A stretch of 63,747 nt of DNA, counting the filler, from Bipalium vagum (taxonomy: Eukaryota), in assembly GCA_037834085.1 (NCBI GenBank). It is 3 parts of 3 records of this genome, joined end to end, with 100 filler letters (N's around TTAATTAATTAA, not from the genome) between each part and the next. Parts side by side here need not be neighbours in the genome. Positions count along the whole stretch, not along the records: positions 1 to 24,507 come from JBBMKC010200385.1; 2 more parts are not named here. One strand, given 5' to 3'. Positions 1-13,067 of the stretch are shown in pieces; position 1 is the stretch's first letter, and the number at the start of each line of letters is the position of its first letter. The translations under genes were made by a program, and so were the position numbers. The notes below the pieces were generated by a model. It was not told where the DNA came from, searched no databases, and worked only from the letters and a program-made list of their open reading frames with translations.

Positions 1-1275
1 TTCCATGAACATCCTAAGGCATGATGCAAACTGCGACCTGACATGAAACTACTACCTAGTCCTTTTAATATTTGGCATATGAAATATATTCCTTAAAATC
101 CGGCAACCCATGTGCCAAAAGTATTGAAACCTCCCCAAATATATGTGATGACATGTTTTGCGGCGTGTATGTAATGATCAGCGCCGAATAATAAATTGTA
201 GTCCATTTTTCCTTGTTGGGCATTATAAATTTTCGTGATCATTTCTATTATGCCTCTCTCTTGTGCCTGAGGAAAGAGTATTACTTTCCTGGCTTGATCA
301 ATGTCTTCTGGGGAGTATATTCCTCCTTCGTTTATAGAGGGTAATGGTTTGAATTCAACCATGTTCTGCATTTCTATGGCTTCTATCGTTTGTACCTTTT
401 CTCGGGGTGGTTTTCTTTCTGGTAAAGATATCCATTGTTCTCCAATTTTATATAAAGGAGATATAATGGGACCACACATAGCTAATTTAGGCTGTACGTG
501 TACTTCCAATATTATTCGAGTTAAAGGGGAAACAAATCGTAGTTTCTTTTGATAAATAATGAGTAAGTCGCTGGTGCATTCGTTGAATTTTGCTAGAGGA
601 ACGTTTACTTTTTCACATTGGTATGTATACAAAGCTTCACCCATTTTCGACCAAAAACACCATCTTGTACTAATAAGGGTGATGTCAATTCAGGATTATT
701 AATAGCTAACAGTAAACGATTTTTCAATATTTCTCTTCCTAATTTACAATCATTTAAAATGGTTTCTTGATATACATCCTTCAATTGTGCCTGTAAGTCG
801 TGATATAGATAATCTATTTTATTATTTAAATAGATATTTAACTTAATGTCGGAGCTATCCTCTGGCATGGCTTTTGCTACTCTGTCCTTAGTAACGTATA
901 TGCCTTTATAATTCGTTTCGAATACTGCGACACCGCATTTTACCACTTGTTTCTTAATAATCAATCGGATTAGTTCTTTTTTATCCGTTGTTACTAAAAC
1001 AGTAGGTGTTTTTGCCTCATCTATGGCAGAACTTCTTCTAGGAGCCGTTCGATAATTGTCTGGAATTTTTGTATATTCGTGTTGAATGGGGTTTAGTCGT
1101 ACACCTGTTACTTCTTGAAAGTTTGTCAATTTCAGACTTCTCAGGTTACAATGATCTTTATTATTATTCTATAATAAAGTCGCTTCCTGTGTAACACAAT
1201 ATCCCTTTTTCAAATTGCAGCTGGGTTTTGATAATAATTCACCGGTAATTACATCAAATACACCTTCATACGTAA
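1..1275 (-). pseudogene. Endogenous viral element: chuvirus-like (class III fusogen-type) glycoprotein, disrupted; runs off the window start
   Basis: ORFs 605-1129 and 93-644 join by a frameshift into ...NDCKLGREILKNRLLLA...GVFG/MGEALYTYQCEKVNV...CTSDL...FVSPLTRII...CGPIISPLYKIGEQWISLPE...GGIYS...GGFNTFGTWVAG. The in-frame upstream part reads CNLKKGYCVTQEATLL*. A hydrophobic TM-like stretch follows at 1-95. The Cys spacing matches Chuviridae-like glycoproteins as I recall them. No introns. Confidence 0.75.
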
Positions 1276-1364
1276 GCAGAAGCGTAAAAATTATTTTTAA
1301 TTTTCATGTATTTCAATTTTAAAAAATCATGGTTGTCATAAATTAAACAAGCAATATTTTTGTA

Positions 1365-1555
1365 AATAGGACCAGAAATTTCATCCGGTATTGACGAAAT
1401 TCCGGATTAAGAGAAACCAGATTAGACAATATAATTTATAGGAGTTTTATGGTCAATTAATGAGGGACCAAAAATTTTATCCGGACTTGACGATTTATAC
1501 TGTAAATATTTAGGATTTTACAAACGTTTCATATTCACGAGGTTTTACTGTACTA
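1365..1555. mobile_element. Tigger/pogo-type non-autonomous terminal fragments
   Basis: Repeated gg(g)acca(g/a)aaattt(c/t)atccgg motif and ...tactgta termini (CAGTA-type TIR plus TA). These truncate the viral glycoprotein. Confidence 0.45.
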
Positions 1556-2558
1556 GATTATCCGATATCATTTTTATTGATTAATTATATTTCTTTAATG
1601 ATTGCTTATTTATTAAGTCCATTAAATGTTAAAATATATAATTTTAAACAGTCTGAAGTAAAAATATTTAATCTTTTACTAATGTCATAATTCTAATTCA
1701 AAGATATCTCAAAATTTTGTAATCTGCTATATCTTTATAGAATTTCGAATTTTATTATACTACATAAAATAATTTCATTGAAAATAGTTTTTCACAACAA
1801 TTCTAATCAGTATAATTTTAAAACCATTTTTTATCCTTAATTTTAATAAAATTCAGTATTTTTTAAAGAATTTGAAATTCACAATATCATTTTTTACAAG
1901 TAATTTTTATTTTGGCATACAAGTTGTGTACGAGACTAGTTTACGAAGAGAGCATCGAAAATATTATTTTTAATAAATAGGTGTGCTTCAGTAATCGTAT
2001 CTTTAGCATATCTCAAATTAGTAAACCAAAGTAAGAATATTATATGAAATTGCGGAACCAAAATGTAGAAAAATTTTACAGTAGTACAAATATAATGAAA
2101 ATAATTTAATCCTTTAATATATTTAAAGAGCGTCGTAAGAAATGCATCGAAAACTACAGAAAAAATTTCAGGTAATTATAATCCTCTCAAACCAATATCA
2201 AATTAGACTTTGTGATCCCACTCAATTTTCTGTTTAAGATTATCGAGTTTTCAAAACAAATTATGGATTATTACCAAACAAAACCAAGTTTAAAAAATTG
2301 TGCAGATAGGAAAAATAAAATAACTTAAAAACAACAAGCATTCGATTTCCGTTATTATTTGCTTATTAAGAAGTGTACATCACATTTGCATCAGTAATAA
2401 TATGGAAAATTAATAATAAAAATCCGATATCTGTGTTGTGTCCACATAAAGCCGCATAAGGACAAACCTGGGACCAAATCAATGTCATAATTGTGTTTAA
2501 TCATAATAAAATAGCAATGATAGAAACAATATCATAGATACTACTTCGATTTCATTGG

Positions 2559-5500
2559 TTACGATGTGTACGCATATTCGGCTTTGTTGTGCATCATTAA
2601 CACGTTGTTTACAAAATAGAAGCTGTCCGATTTCGTTTCGTTGGGACTTCTGATCATTTCTTCAACTAAACAGTATAGAATGAGTATAAATTGGAAATAT
2701 TTTCCATCGTTATTTACTTTCAGAATCCGTTAAGCTCGGAAACTCATAAATGTGCTCGACGGTGTTTTCAGAATCTGGCATAATGAAACCGAAGTCAAAG
2801 TCGAAACTTTTCAATAATTTATCCTTGAAATAATGGCGCTCAATCATTCGAAAGTTTTTGATTTCTTCACTACCAACCACAAATTCTACACTGGATTAAA
2901 TTAGTAAATCAAAATAAGCTTCACCAAAACAAAAATGGTAATAAAATAAATAATAATATCAACAATAATAATACTGTTATAGCCCTGTGAAAGCAATAGT
3001 TTTATTTTAGAATATGCACATCTTTATTATAATTTCTTATATTATAATACGTAGGTTGCTCGACATTTATTGCGAACTGACAATATTACAATACCTATGT
3101 TTGATTTGACTGATTTATCATAAAGTTTAACTTTGTTTATCTACATTAACAAATTTATATATCAATTGGATTATTTAAGATATAAATAAATCAATACCAA
3201 AGTTTACACTTCTCGGTATAAAAATGAAATTAAGTCACGATAATTTTCGTGGTATGATTTATTATGATTTTTGACGTGGATTATCTCAGCAACAATGCAT
3301 CAAACAGCTTATTTTAACTTTTGGCGATGAAGCTCCACACAAAGTCACTATATATCACTGGTTGGTACTAATGGAAAATACCCCTCTAAAAAAAAATTTT
3401 TTGGTAAATTTTGAATAAATAAAACTAGATATTTATTTAATACATTTTTATACATGATACATATTTTTAATATGCCTCACAATTGTCTCAAAACGCTTAT
3501 TCTGATGTTGATATTTCCACAAGAAATCGATGATATATGAATATAAATGAGGTTTATGAGTAACATATTTGGCTCGGTGCTTATTTTTTAATTTCTGCCA
3601 AATTGACTCCATGGTACTAGTGTTAGCTCGCTGGATATAAGTTTCAGATCCTTCGCAAATTGAATTGATGATTTCACACATGTAGTTTTATTGTAAATTT
3701 CGCAAAATGTCATTTCAGCCATTTTAGAAATATTTTTAATAAACTTGATAGGACGGTAACCGAAATCTTTTAAAGAAAAATATCATTTTAAAAATGATGT
3801 ATATGTGATTTAATTCAGTTATTTTGAAAATTATCAATTTAAAATTATTTAATAAAAAATCAAAAACAATTTTTTGTGGGGTATTCTCCATAAGTGCCCA
3901 CTGGTTAAATGAATTTAAAAATGGTCGCAGTTTAGTGACGGATAAAGAAGGCCGTCCAAAATCAGCTGTGGTGCCAGCAAACATTGGTGCCATCCGAGAA
4001 ATGATAAAGTTTGATTGTCATTTTACTTACCGCGAAATTCAGTTCTCTTTGGCATATATAACTAGCATATATTCCATATTGCATGAACATTTGGATGTAA
4101 AAAAACTTTGTGCCAGTTGAATCCCGCATAAGTTAACGATTGCTCAAAAAGTGGCTCGTGTGAATTGATCCAAAGAAATTTTAAAGAAATTCAATTCCGG
4201 TTCTTCACCAGCGTTTTACGACATTGTTACAGGTGATAAATCTTGGATATATGCGTATGATCCGGAAAATAAACGGCAGTCGTCTGTATGGGTGTTCCAA
4301 GAAGAAGCACAGCCAACAAAAGTGATTCGTAATCGAAGCACTTCAAAGAAAATGGTCGCCTGTTTTTCGGATAATCTGGGCATGTTGCAACTGTGACTTT
4401 AGAGCTTCAAACTACAGTTAATTCTGCACGGCACATAAATACTTGCTTGCAAGAAGTCTTTGGTCAAATAAAGAAAAACAATTCACAGCACACATCATTT
4501 TTCATTATGATTACGCCAGCTCACACAATTCACAACAAACAACAAACTTTTTGAACACCCAAAAATAGAAATTATGAAACATCCTATATATTCTTGATTT
4601 GGTTTTAATGATTTCTTTCTATTCCCATGAGTGAAGAATAAGCTGTGTGGACAACGATTTTGCACACCAGAGGACGTGGTTGATGTCTGGAAAACTCATG
4701 TTTCTGAGATACCTAAATCATTATAGATAAAATGCTTTGAAAATTGGTTCAAGCATGTGCAGAAATGTATTGACCAAGGAGAATATATTGAAAAACAATG
4801 ACAGTTTATTATAGTTAAATTTTAGTTTTAGATATTTTTTTGTTTTTTGAAATACATATCAAGCAACACAAGTATATAAAATAAAGAAATAAAATAAGTA
4901 TTTTTAAAAATTAATGAAAATTACGAATAAATAAATAATTTTTATTTATTAAATATCTAAGTCTGCAAGTTCCAGAATATAAAACTTAAGAAAATTTAAG
5001 AAAAAATGCTTTGGTAAAATATTATATAAAATTCTAAATATAAAGGTGGCCAAAAAAGTAGTGTGTTATATTTTGAAAGGTTAAAAGCTCATATTTTCAA
5101 TAAATATTTACAATTTTAATTGAATCAATTAACAACAAATTTTTTTGCCATAAAGAGGATCCTTTTGACTTTCAGAAAAATTTATTAATGTGGATAGATC
5201 CCCATATTTCCTCAAGTTTTTCAGGCATGCTAAGACCCACGGATGTTGCGAGCCATAAACTTCAATCGCATCCAATACCGACATCACAATTCTAGATTTA
5301 TGAAATCTGACATTTGTTTGTTGTATCGTCAATTATTCTCTACAAAATTGGTAAGACATGTGACAAAACAATTCTAATTAGCGTTTAACTATCATCATAT
5401 CTGAAATAACAATTTACGACTATTCCACCGGCCTCTGCCATCACAATGGTATAGAATATAGAATATATATAGAATATAAATTGGCCTAGTAGTCGATGTT

Positions 5501-8500
5501 CAATTATCTAACTAGAATTCTGCCATCATGAAAATCTAGCGCAGATCTGAAGTCGTCAACCCTTAATGTGTTTTGACACTTATTAACTTAGTTTTAATAA
5601 ACAGGAGCTCAGTGTAACCTATCCATTCTTTGAGAATGTCCATGAGGAATTCTAAGAGCATGATAGCGTGATTTATATCCCAAGTTCAGCACTATTCTCC
5701 TTACATTACATAATGTGCAGTTTAATTTCTCGTTCATAATCTATTATTATCGAAAACAATTTTTTTTTATTTTTTCAGACTAGTTTTGGAAGGATGACCA
5801 GATTCAATTTGCCTGTTAACATTACTTTCATTTTTATAATTACTTTATATCAATTTCTGCTCTTTTTGTGGAATGCAGTCTAATACCGGCCTCCAGTAAG
5901 CGACACAATCATCCTTTCTGTAATTCTGATAATCGAAATAAGACCAATGTAAAAAAATATGAAATATAAAAAACTGAAAAATGTCATATCCCATAAAGTG
6001 AATTCTATATAAGAACCATCAATAGCTTTAGACAAAACAGACTCCAATTCCAACTGGAGGACGACCAATATATGTGGTAAAAAGTACCTGTTGTGTGTAT
6101 GGTGGGATAGGAAGCAAATTTTATATATGGAGGTGCTTGATTTTGGGCAATCTGCTAATCCACTCTTGCAAACTCGACCAGATTTAGTCAATAGAAAAGT
6201 TGTTATCCTCCTTCACGATTACGCTACTCCACACACCTTCAAAGTTAATAAACAAAAGATTAGTGAGTTGGGCTATAAAATGTTGTCTCACTCTGCTTAT
6301 AGCACTGATATCTAGCCATCAGATTATTATCTTTATCGATTTTTGCACTACTTCCTTAAAAGTAAAAGGTTTGTCAATAATGATTAAAATTGAGCTTGCA
6401 ATCTTTTTGATAAGTCTGCTAAAAAAAATTCCATGGTATCTAGTGCCTGGTGGCAAAAAAGCAGATGATTGTCAATAATGACATATTTGATTAATATTTT
6501 TGTATATTAAAAATCTTAAAATTTTACTTTTGAGCACTGGTTTCTTTTTATTGTAAATAAATTACCACAACATAATACGCATTAATCAAAAATATTTTAT
6601 TTTAAGTTAATTATTTTATTTTTTCTTAGTTTGTTACTTTTTTAGTCACTCCTATATTGAAGTAAAAAAATTTAGACACCAAATATAAACTTTTTTTGAG
6701 ATTTGACAATATAATTAATCAACAGATTTTAAGAGGAGTTACAACTCAATTATTCTATTTCTTTCTGTGATTAAACAGTATTTAATCATAGAAAGAAATT
6801 TTCACCTAGGACAACTAAAGTAAAACTTTACTCAACAAACATTACTCAATTAACGAAAAATAGAACGGTTACTTCGTGTTCACTAAAAATCAATGAATAG
6901 AAATGACCGATTAAACAAAACGTAATTCTCTGATCGTCAGTATACGACCAAAACTATCAATATATTTGCCATGTACTAAAGATTTGTTTATTGTACATTA
7001 TTTGATTTTAAATTTAATTATCTCTAGTCACCTCTATTCACATATATATTCACATGTATATATATCAAGATTAGGTAAACTCAGTTTTCTCAAAAATTAA
7101 TTTTCACAAGACAATAAAACTGAATTTATTAAAATAACGACCGATAATATTTATTTTACTGAATGGACAATAGTACAGACGGATATAGAATATTATTAAA
7201 AACCGATAGTTATGAAAAACTAATCTTCATTTATTAAATGAATTTTGAAAACAAATATTTCATGTTACATAATTGTGGAAAAGATTATTATAAGGAGTTC
7301 AAATAAATAATGCGGATTTATTTAAAATAGATTTAGTGAAATATCGAAATATCTATGAAAAAGGAAAGGTATATGAATATAAAAATGATCTTCGAAATGC
7401 GATTATTCAAGAATGGTCGACTATTAAACGCGGAACCATTCAAAAGACTTTTCAAAACATGAAATCTCGTGTTTATGATTTAATTTTTAAAACATGAAAT
7501 TTATATTAATAAGTAGTTTGCATTATATTTTAAAAATTTATTTTATTCTTTGTAAATCTAAATATATTAATAAATAATATTTAGCGTCAATACTTTTAGA
7601 AAATTTTGAAATTTTGATTAAAATTATTAATTTCTAAAATTGTTAATTAGAAAAGTTCTTTTGGGATGACATCATAAATTTACTGAAAGATGGAAGAAAT
7701 GTGTGGATAACAATGGTCATTATTTTGAATAAATTATTTTTTATTTTTGTTTCGAAATTACCATGCTTCGGTTATTTAAAAAAATCCGTATTATTAGTTT
7801 GTATACATAATATGTGTGGGCTGCATTAGAAAATGTTATTTTTAAAAAATATTTTAAGCTCCTAAATAATAACCAAACATGATAATTGATCACTTAAAAA
7901 TAATAGATAGTAAGAGAGAATATTTTTAGAAGCTGCTTAGCCAAATATATCTGTTCATAATAAGTGTGGACAAGAGTGGTATAATGAAAAACTGTTCTTG
8001 AAATATTCTATTAATATTTAACTTTTTAATTAGTCTAATTTTAAAAAGATAATTTTAAAAGATAATTTTTAAGTGTTCTTCATAATTACTCTCATTACAT
8101 TTTTTGCAAAAATTATTAGAATTATTAATATTTCGAAGTATCAAATGATGTTAAGCTCATGTTGGGATCAACGTAAAACTGGTAAAAAATCAGACATATC
8201 AAACACAAACCTCCAAGAAAAAGCTTCCAGATATCGCGGACGACATCAAGAAACCCCAGGATTCGATGAAGAGTGGTGACAGCTATCCGAAATTAATAAT
8301 CGATATCGGGAACATTTGAAATATTTGAATTTAATTTTACATTTGATATGTGATTTACGTTTAATTGATTTTAATGCGCATGAAAAGGCTTTGTAAAGTC
8401 TACTTTCTTATTTTAATTAATTCGCAAAAATGAAAGTTCATTTGTATTTTGTGTGATAATGAATAAAGTTATTTCAATAATATTCATTTAAAAATATAAA

Positions 8501-10511
8501 GTAAAATAAAATATGGAAAAACTTGAGTTAAAATATTAACCCACATGATAAATTATTATTATGGTAATTAAGTAACTTGCTATAAAAAAAGATGTGGAGA
8601 TGAAGTTACTAAATATAGTAAGTTCTATAAATAAGAACTTACTTAAAATAGTAACTACCTACGCAAATTATATTATTAGGAAGAAAAACTTACTTAAAAT
8701 AGAAACCGTCCACAGAAATTTATATTTAGTAAGTTAAAATAGACCCATTGAGAATCTCTAGAATGTGGAAAACATGAGTATATAAACTCTTGGTTTTCAC
8801 ATTCAAAATGCCCTTAATAATTTAGAATACGATTTGATATATATTTGAAAAAGAGTTTAAGCCGCCAGTAATAATAACAGGTAAGGAATCTTTATTAATT
8901 CCAAGTGTTCAACCGATCTAGTTAAGCTTAATAAACAATTAATTAATTAACATTTATTTAGCGATAGAAGGAAATTCTTCTCATCACCAACTTTAATATT
9001 TTTCTTTATTCTTTTTTAAATATCTCTCGCTTATTCGATTCTGCTTCGCCCTAGGCGACAGAATACGCATTTTTGTTAACAGGATTTCTTTGACTATCGT
9101 ACAGTCAAAAGTATTTTTATTAATTAAACAATTGTTTGTAATTTTGAATATTGATGATTGTGAAATAAATTTCTAACCATGTATGTGTGATAACAAATAT
9201 ACCTTATTTTGTTAATCGCTTTGCTTATTAGTGAATTTTCTATTACTTACACTTCCCTCCATGGAGTTGAAGAACCCAGATATAAGCCCCCTTGTAACAA
9301 GTTAGCTTGCGACCTAGACCATTACACTCATATCAGTGTTGACTCAAAATCAAGTGGAATAATAGAAATTTTTTTGTCAAAAAAAAATTTGGCATATTTA
9401 TTCTAGAATTTTTTTTAAAAATCAATTTGATGACTGTTCATTGACATTCCTAAACGCCCAATTTTTCGAATTATCTATAATTACTAAAAATTATCAATTG
9501 CCGAGAATTAAATAACGAAAGTTAATCTTCAATATTTTAAATCGATAAAATTAATAATTGATTATTTTTAATAAATTAATAAAACGAATATTTAAAAATT
9601 ATCAATTCATTGTGAACAATGAATGATTTTCAAATTCTCGCCTTCCCAATTAATTGTTGTGATCATTATATTGATTAAAGTTTTCAAAATATTTATCAGC
9701 CATATCAGGTGAGACAGAATGATACTAAATGCTAAAGTCAATTAGAATGAAAATGTCTTTGCAATAGTAAATAATTAAATTCACATTTAAGTTTTGGTTT
9801 CGTAAAGAGTTATATTTAAAGATTTTGTCAACATGAAATTAATCTTCACATATTTTTAATAAAAATATATACATACCAATTATGTAGTTTAATTGATATT
9901 TCTAATGGTTAATGCGACATGAGCTTAGCGTTTTTACTAAATTTTACTAAATAATTTTTTATGACCTCCAATAAAAATAGAAAAAAGATTTAATTTAATT
10001 TTAAATTCATAAAATGATAAACGGAAATCAAAATGTCATTACGTTGCTCCGACTGTTTTCAGGCGGAGAAAATCAGCTGTAAATTGATAACGAACGAATC
10101 TTTCAGCATTTTGATCAGTCTTTTTCTGCGTTTCTTCAGCTTTCCACTCTAAAAATATTTTAATAAAAAGTCGATTAAGAAAAATTAACAAATTTCATTT
10201 TACCTGCTATAGATGGTTTTGCAACTTCAAATAGTTTGACATCAGTTTCAGCATCCCTTAAAGTGAATCTAGTAAATTCAATACCGTAAACATTGGAGTT
10301 ACTGGAACAAAAATATTCTAGAACAATTTCAATTAGTTAGAATTTTAAATAGTAAACTTTTGGTTGGAAGTTTCAATTGCAACACATCATTTGGACTGAT
10401 GACCTTCTTGCTCATGATTATTTTTTCAATATCATCAACTAAGTCCTCTTTTCTATCGGTTTTAAATTGAGAATTTTGATGCTTAGCATAAGAATTATTT
10501 ATATTTGACAT
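2559..10511 (-). CDS. unc119: UNC119 myristoyl-cargo chaperone; 5 exons: 10511-10358, 10317-10204, 10148-10043, 2890-2718, 2665-2559
   Basis: Spliced translation contains [93 protein letters not shown] and [24 protein letters not shown]. All introns are GT-AG and in phase; intron 3 is ~7.15 kb. Confidence 0.96.
3048..4874 (+). mobile_element. Decayed full-length mariner element interrupted by a Merlin element
   Basis: Imperfect TIRs (tacgtaggttgctcgac / tcaagcaacacaagta). ATG at ~3223 ([16 protein letters not shown]), then [29 protein letters not shown] and [15 protein letters not shown], with stops and frameshifts. Confidence 0.85.
3364..3898 (-). mobile_element. Merlin (IS1595/ISXO2-like) internally deleted DNA transposon
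   Basis: 21-bp imperfect TIRs ggtactaatggaaaatacccc / ggggtattctccataagtgcc. Exact 8-bp TSD cactggtt at 3356-3363 and 3899-3906. C-terminal transposase remnant [13 protein letters not shown]...[11 protein letters not shown] (ORF 3448-3681). Confidence 0.88.
5039..6654. mobile_element. Decayed Tc1/mariner element containing a mariner transposase fragment (~5900-6480, + strand)
   Basis: Imperfect TIRs (tataaaggtggccaaaaaagta / tacttttttagtcactcctata). Mariner motifs [27 protein letters not shown] and HSAYSTDI. Confidence 0.65.
6655..7600 (+). mobile_element. Highly decayed Tc1-like remnant
   Basis: Degenerate C-terminal Tc1 text ([24 protein letters not shown]...[12 protein letters not shown]). 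Confidence 0.45.
8150..9080 (+). repeat. Dispersed repeat copy A (piggyBac-like end), inverted relative to the copy at 13068-13930
   Basis: Shares collinear blocks with the reverse complement of 13068-13930, e.g. gagtatataa(a/g)ctcttggttttc(a/t)cattcaaa and attcgattctg(c/t)ttcgc(c/t)ctaggcgacagaa. Confidence 0.7.
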
Positions 10512-11489
10512 TTTCAGTTACATAGATTGACTAATTTAAACAATCTCAATGACTTTTTCAATTTAATTAAATAAATATATATAATCGGGTACTTAATTAA
10601 ATGAATAATCGTAAAAACGTTAATTTATATTTAAATACTTTATGAATAAGATATTTTGTCAATCAATAAGTAATTTTATTAATATATTCACATCAACACA
10701 GGAAAAATATTAAAATATCAATCTATATCAAAAAAGAAATTTTTTATCTCCATCGCACTGGACATTTGGTGATCATCTCTGTGATAGCACTTCATTGCCT
10801 TTGTGATAAAATTTAAGTTTCTTTGAGTCGCAAAATGCCGAGATGACTTCTTTAGTATCTTTTCATTTTCAAATTCACAGTCCATTCAAAAAAATATGAA
10901 TGAAATTGATACCCCAATGAATTGACGCCAGGAAAATATGTTGGATATGGTAAGAACTCCCATAAAAATATCTATATCTTTTCCTAAGTGAATTGAGCAG
11001 TATTTGATCTCGCATTGTCATGTTGCAAAATCACACCTTTTCGTTTCTTAAATTATTTTGATATTTTTACTCAGTCTCACACAAAATGAACCCTATGTAT
11101 ACCAACACTTTTTTATTAAAAAACAGGTCCTAAGGCATAAGCCTAAAAATATATTTTTTTTTAAAATAAAATCTATAAAAAACACGAAAAATATAAAAAA
11201 TACAAAATTTAATAAAATAAAAATATATGAAATATTCAATATTTGAAATATACAAAATGTATAAAAAATGACAAATAATTAAAATACCTAAAATATTTTT
11301 TTAATAAAAAAGTGTGCTTACAAATAGAGTAAACTTTGTTTACCTTATTTGTAATATATAAAAGTCACTAAAAATAAAAAATCAAAAAATCAAATTTTTT
11401 CTTAAAAAATAGAAATAAAAAATTCACTAATAATATTTAAAAAATAACTAAAAATAAAATACTCAATTTTTTATGTTTTCTTTAAAAAA

Positions 11490-12190
11490 ATGAAAAACCG
11501 AAACATGATTACAGATTCAATCATTAACTTTGATGAATGGCAAGCGATCAACAATGTTTTACCTTTTGCAGAATGTTCTTTTTCAGATGATTTATTTCAT
11601 GATGATTATCATCTAAGATCTCTAAATTTTGATGGTAATAAAATTACTTATTTAAATTCTCATTATTATAAAAAACATTTAGGTATAGTTTATAAATTTA
11701 AAATTTCTTCGGAGGATATTACGGAAAGAACCATTAATAATTGTTTAAATCATATTTTAGAAATCATTAGAGATAATAATGATAATTATAATGTTAAACT
11801 AACACCTTAATACCCTCTATTTTTTCAGGACAGTTGTTTTTCTTTTTGTAAAAAATATGAAGTAGTAAATAAATTTTTTACAAGATTAGAAAAAATTTTA
11901 CAATCAGACCAAACATTAAATATTGAAGATGTAACTGTTGAATTTTCAACTATTCCAAAACTAAAAGGAGAAGAAAGAAACTATTTTAATTTAGTGGTAA
12001 TAATTCTAAAAGTCTAATAATTCAAAATTTTCCATTAACATAATTCAAAATAATAATACAATTTGTTTAGCTAGATCAATAATAACTTCTTTAACTTATG
12101 ATAATGAAACAAATAAAAAATATTTTAATTTTGGAGAAAAAGATAATAGAATAAAATATATTAGAAGAGGTGATTCGACTCAAAAAGCCC
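11490..12190 (+). pseudogene. Polinton/Maverick- or adintovirus-type protein-primed DNA polymerase B, N-terminal fragment
   Basis: ORF 11490-11810 continues through a stop and frameshifts into RLEKILQSDQTLNIEDVTVEFSTIPK...ICLARSIITSL...IRRGDSTQKAL. This matches the xLQS...CLARAI...Q.xxA pattern of animal Polinton pPolB N-termini. No catalytic domain is present. Confidence 0.6.
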
Positions 12191-13010
12191 TCTTTTGGTG
12201 ATTGGTAAATCAAAAAACCCAAGCTGTTTTTGGGATATAAGGAATTTCCTATTTCTTACCATAATAATGCAATGATGACTTGGACATTTTTAAAGTTGGC
12301 TTCGTCAATGGGATGTGGAATTTACTTTAAGCAAGCGGAAAATTGTTCTAATTATATATAATTGCTCTGTACATGCCATTTTTATACTATTACTTCACAT
12401 TGAGCTAGTATATTTAACTCCAAATGTCACTGCCTTGTTTCAGCCATGTGATCAAGAAATAATACATAACTTAAAGTGTAATTACCAGAGTATAATATTC
12501 ATTAAGTTTTTGGCAATTTGTATTCTATAGAAAATATTTCTGCAATTAAATTGTGTCGTAAAATTGATTTATTGTCTTCTCTTCGTTTACTAAAAGAATC
12601 GTGTGAAATAAATAACAGTAACACTATTCAAAACTGCTTCCGAAAATCCGGATTCTGTCGTGACAATGACAAGACATTACCAGATGATCCAAGTACATTT
12701 AATATATATGACCTGGAATTTAATTTTAAAATTTATGTTAATATTGATCGAGCTAAGTCAGCGTGGAACCATTAGAAAATGCAAATTTTGTACCAGTCCT
12801 TCTAGAAAAGAATGGTAAGACTGTTAAAAATGTGTCTGATGACAAAGATTCAGAATCAGAAAATTCTACAACAAATATCACCAAACAAAAAGCTTTATCA
12901 GATTGGAAACATGTTAATCAAATAGAAAATCAAATTCATCAAACGATTTTGAAAAATGCCACGAAAACGAGCCAGTTAACACTTGATAAGTGTTTTCAGA
13001 TGTCTTAATA
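12190..13010 (+). mobile_element. Tigger/pogo (DDE_1) transposase remnant
   Basis: RKIVLIIYNCSVH...IELVYLTPNVTALFQPCDQEIIHNLKCNY, TIQNCFRKSGF and a C-terminal QLTLDKCF. Confidence 0.85.
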
Positions 13011-13067
13011 AAATTTAGCTTATTTTATAATTTTTCTTCTCAGTATCAGTTAGTATAAAAAAACAGC

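Noticed and set aside
8255-8295. Hammerhead-like gatgaagagtggtgacagctatccgaaa
   Set aside because: It lacks the CUGA core, stem II pairs poorly, and stems I and III are not identifiable.
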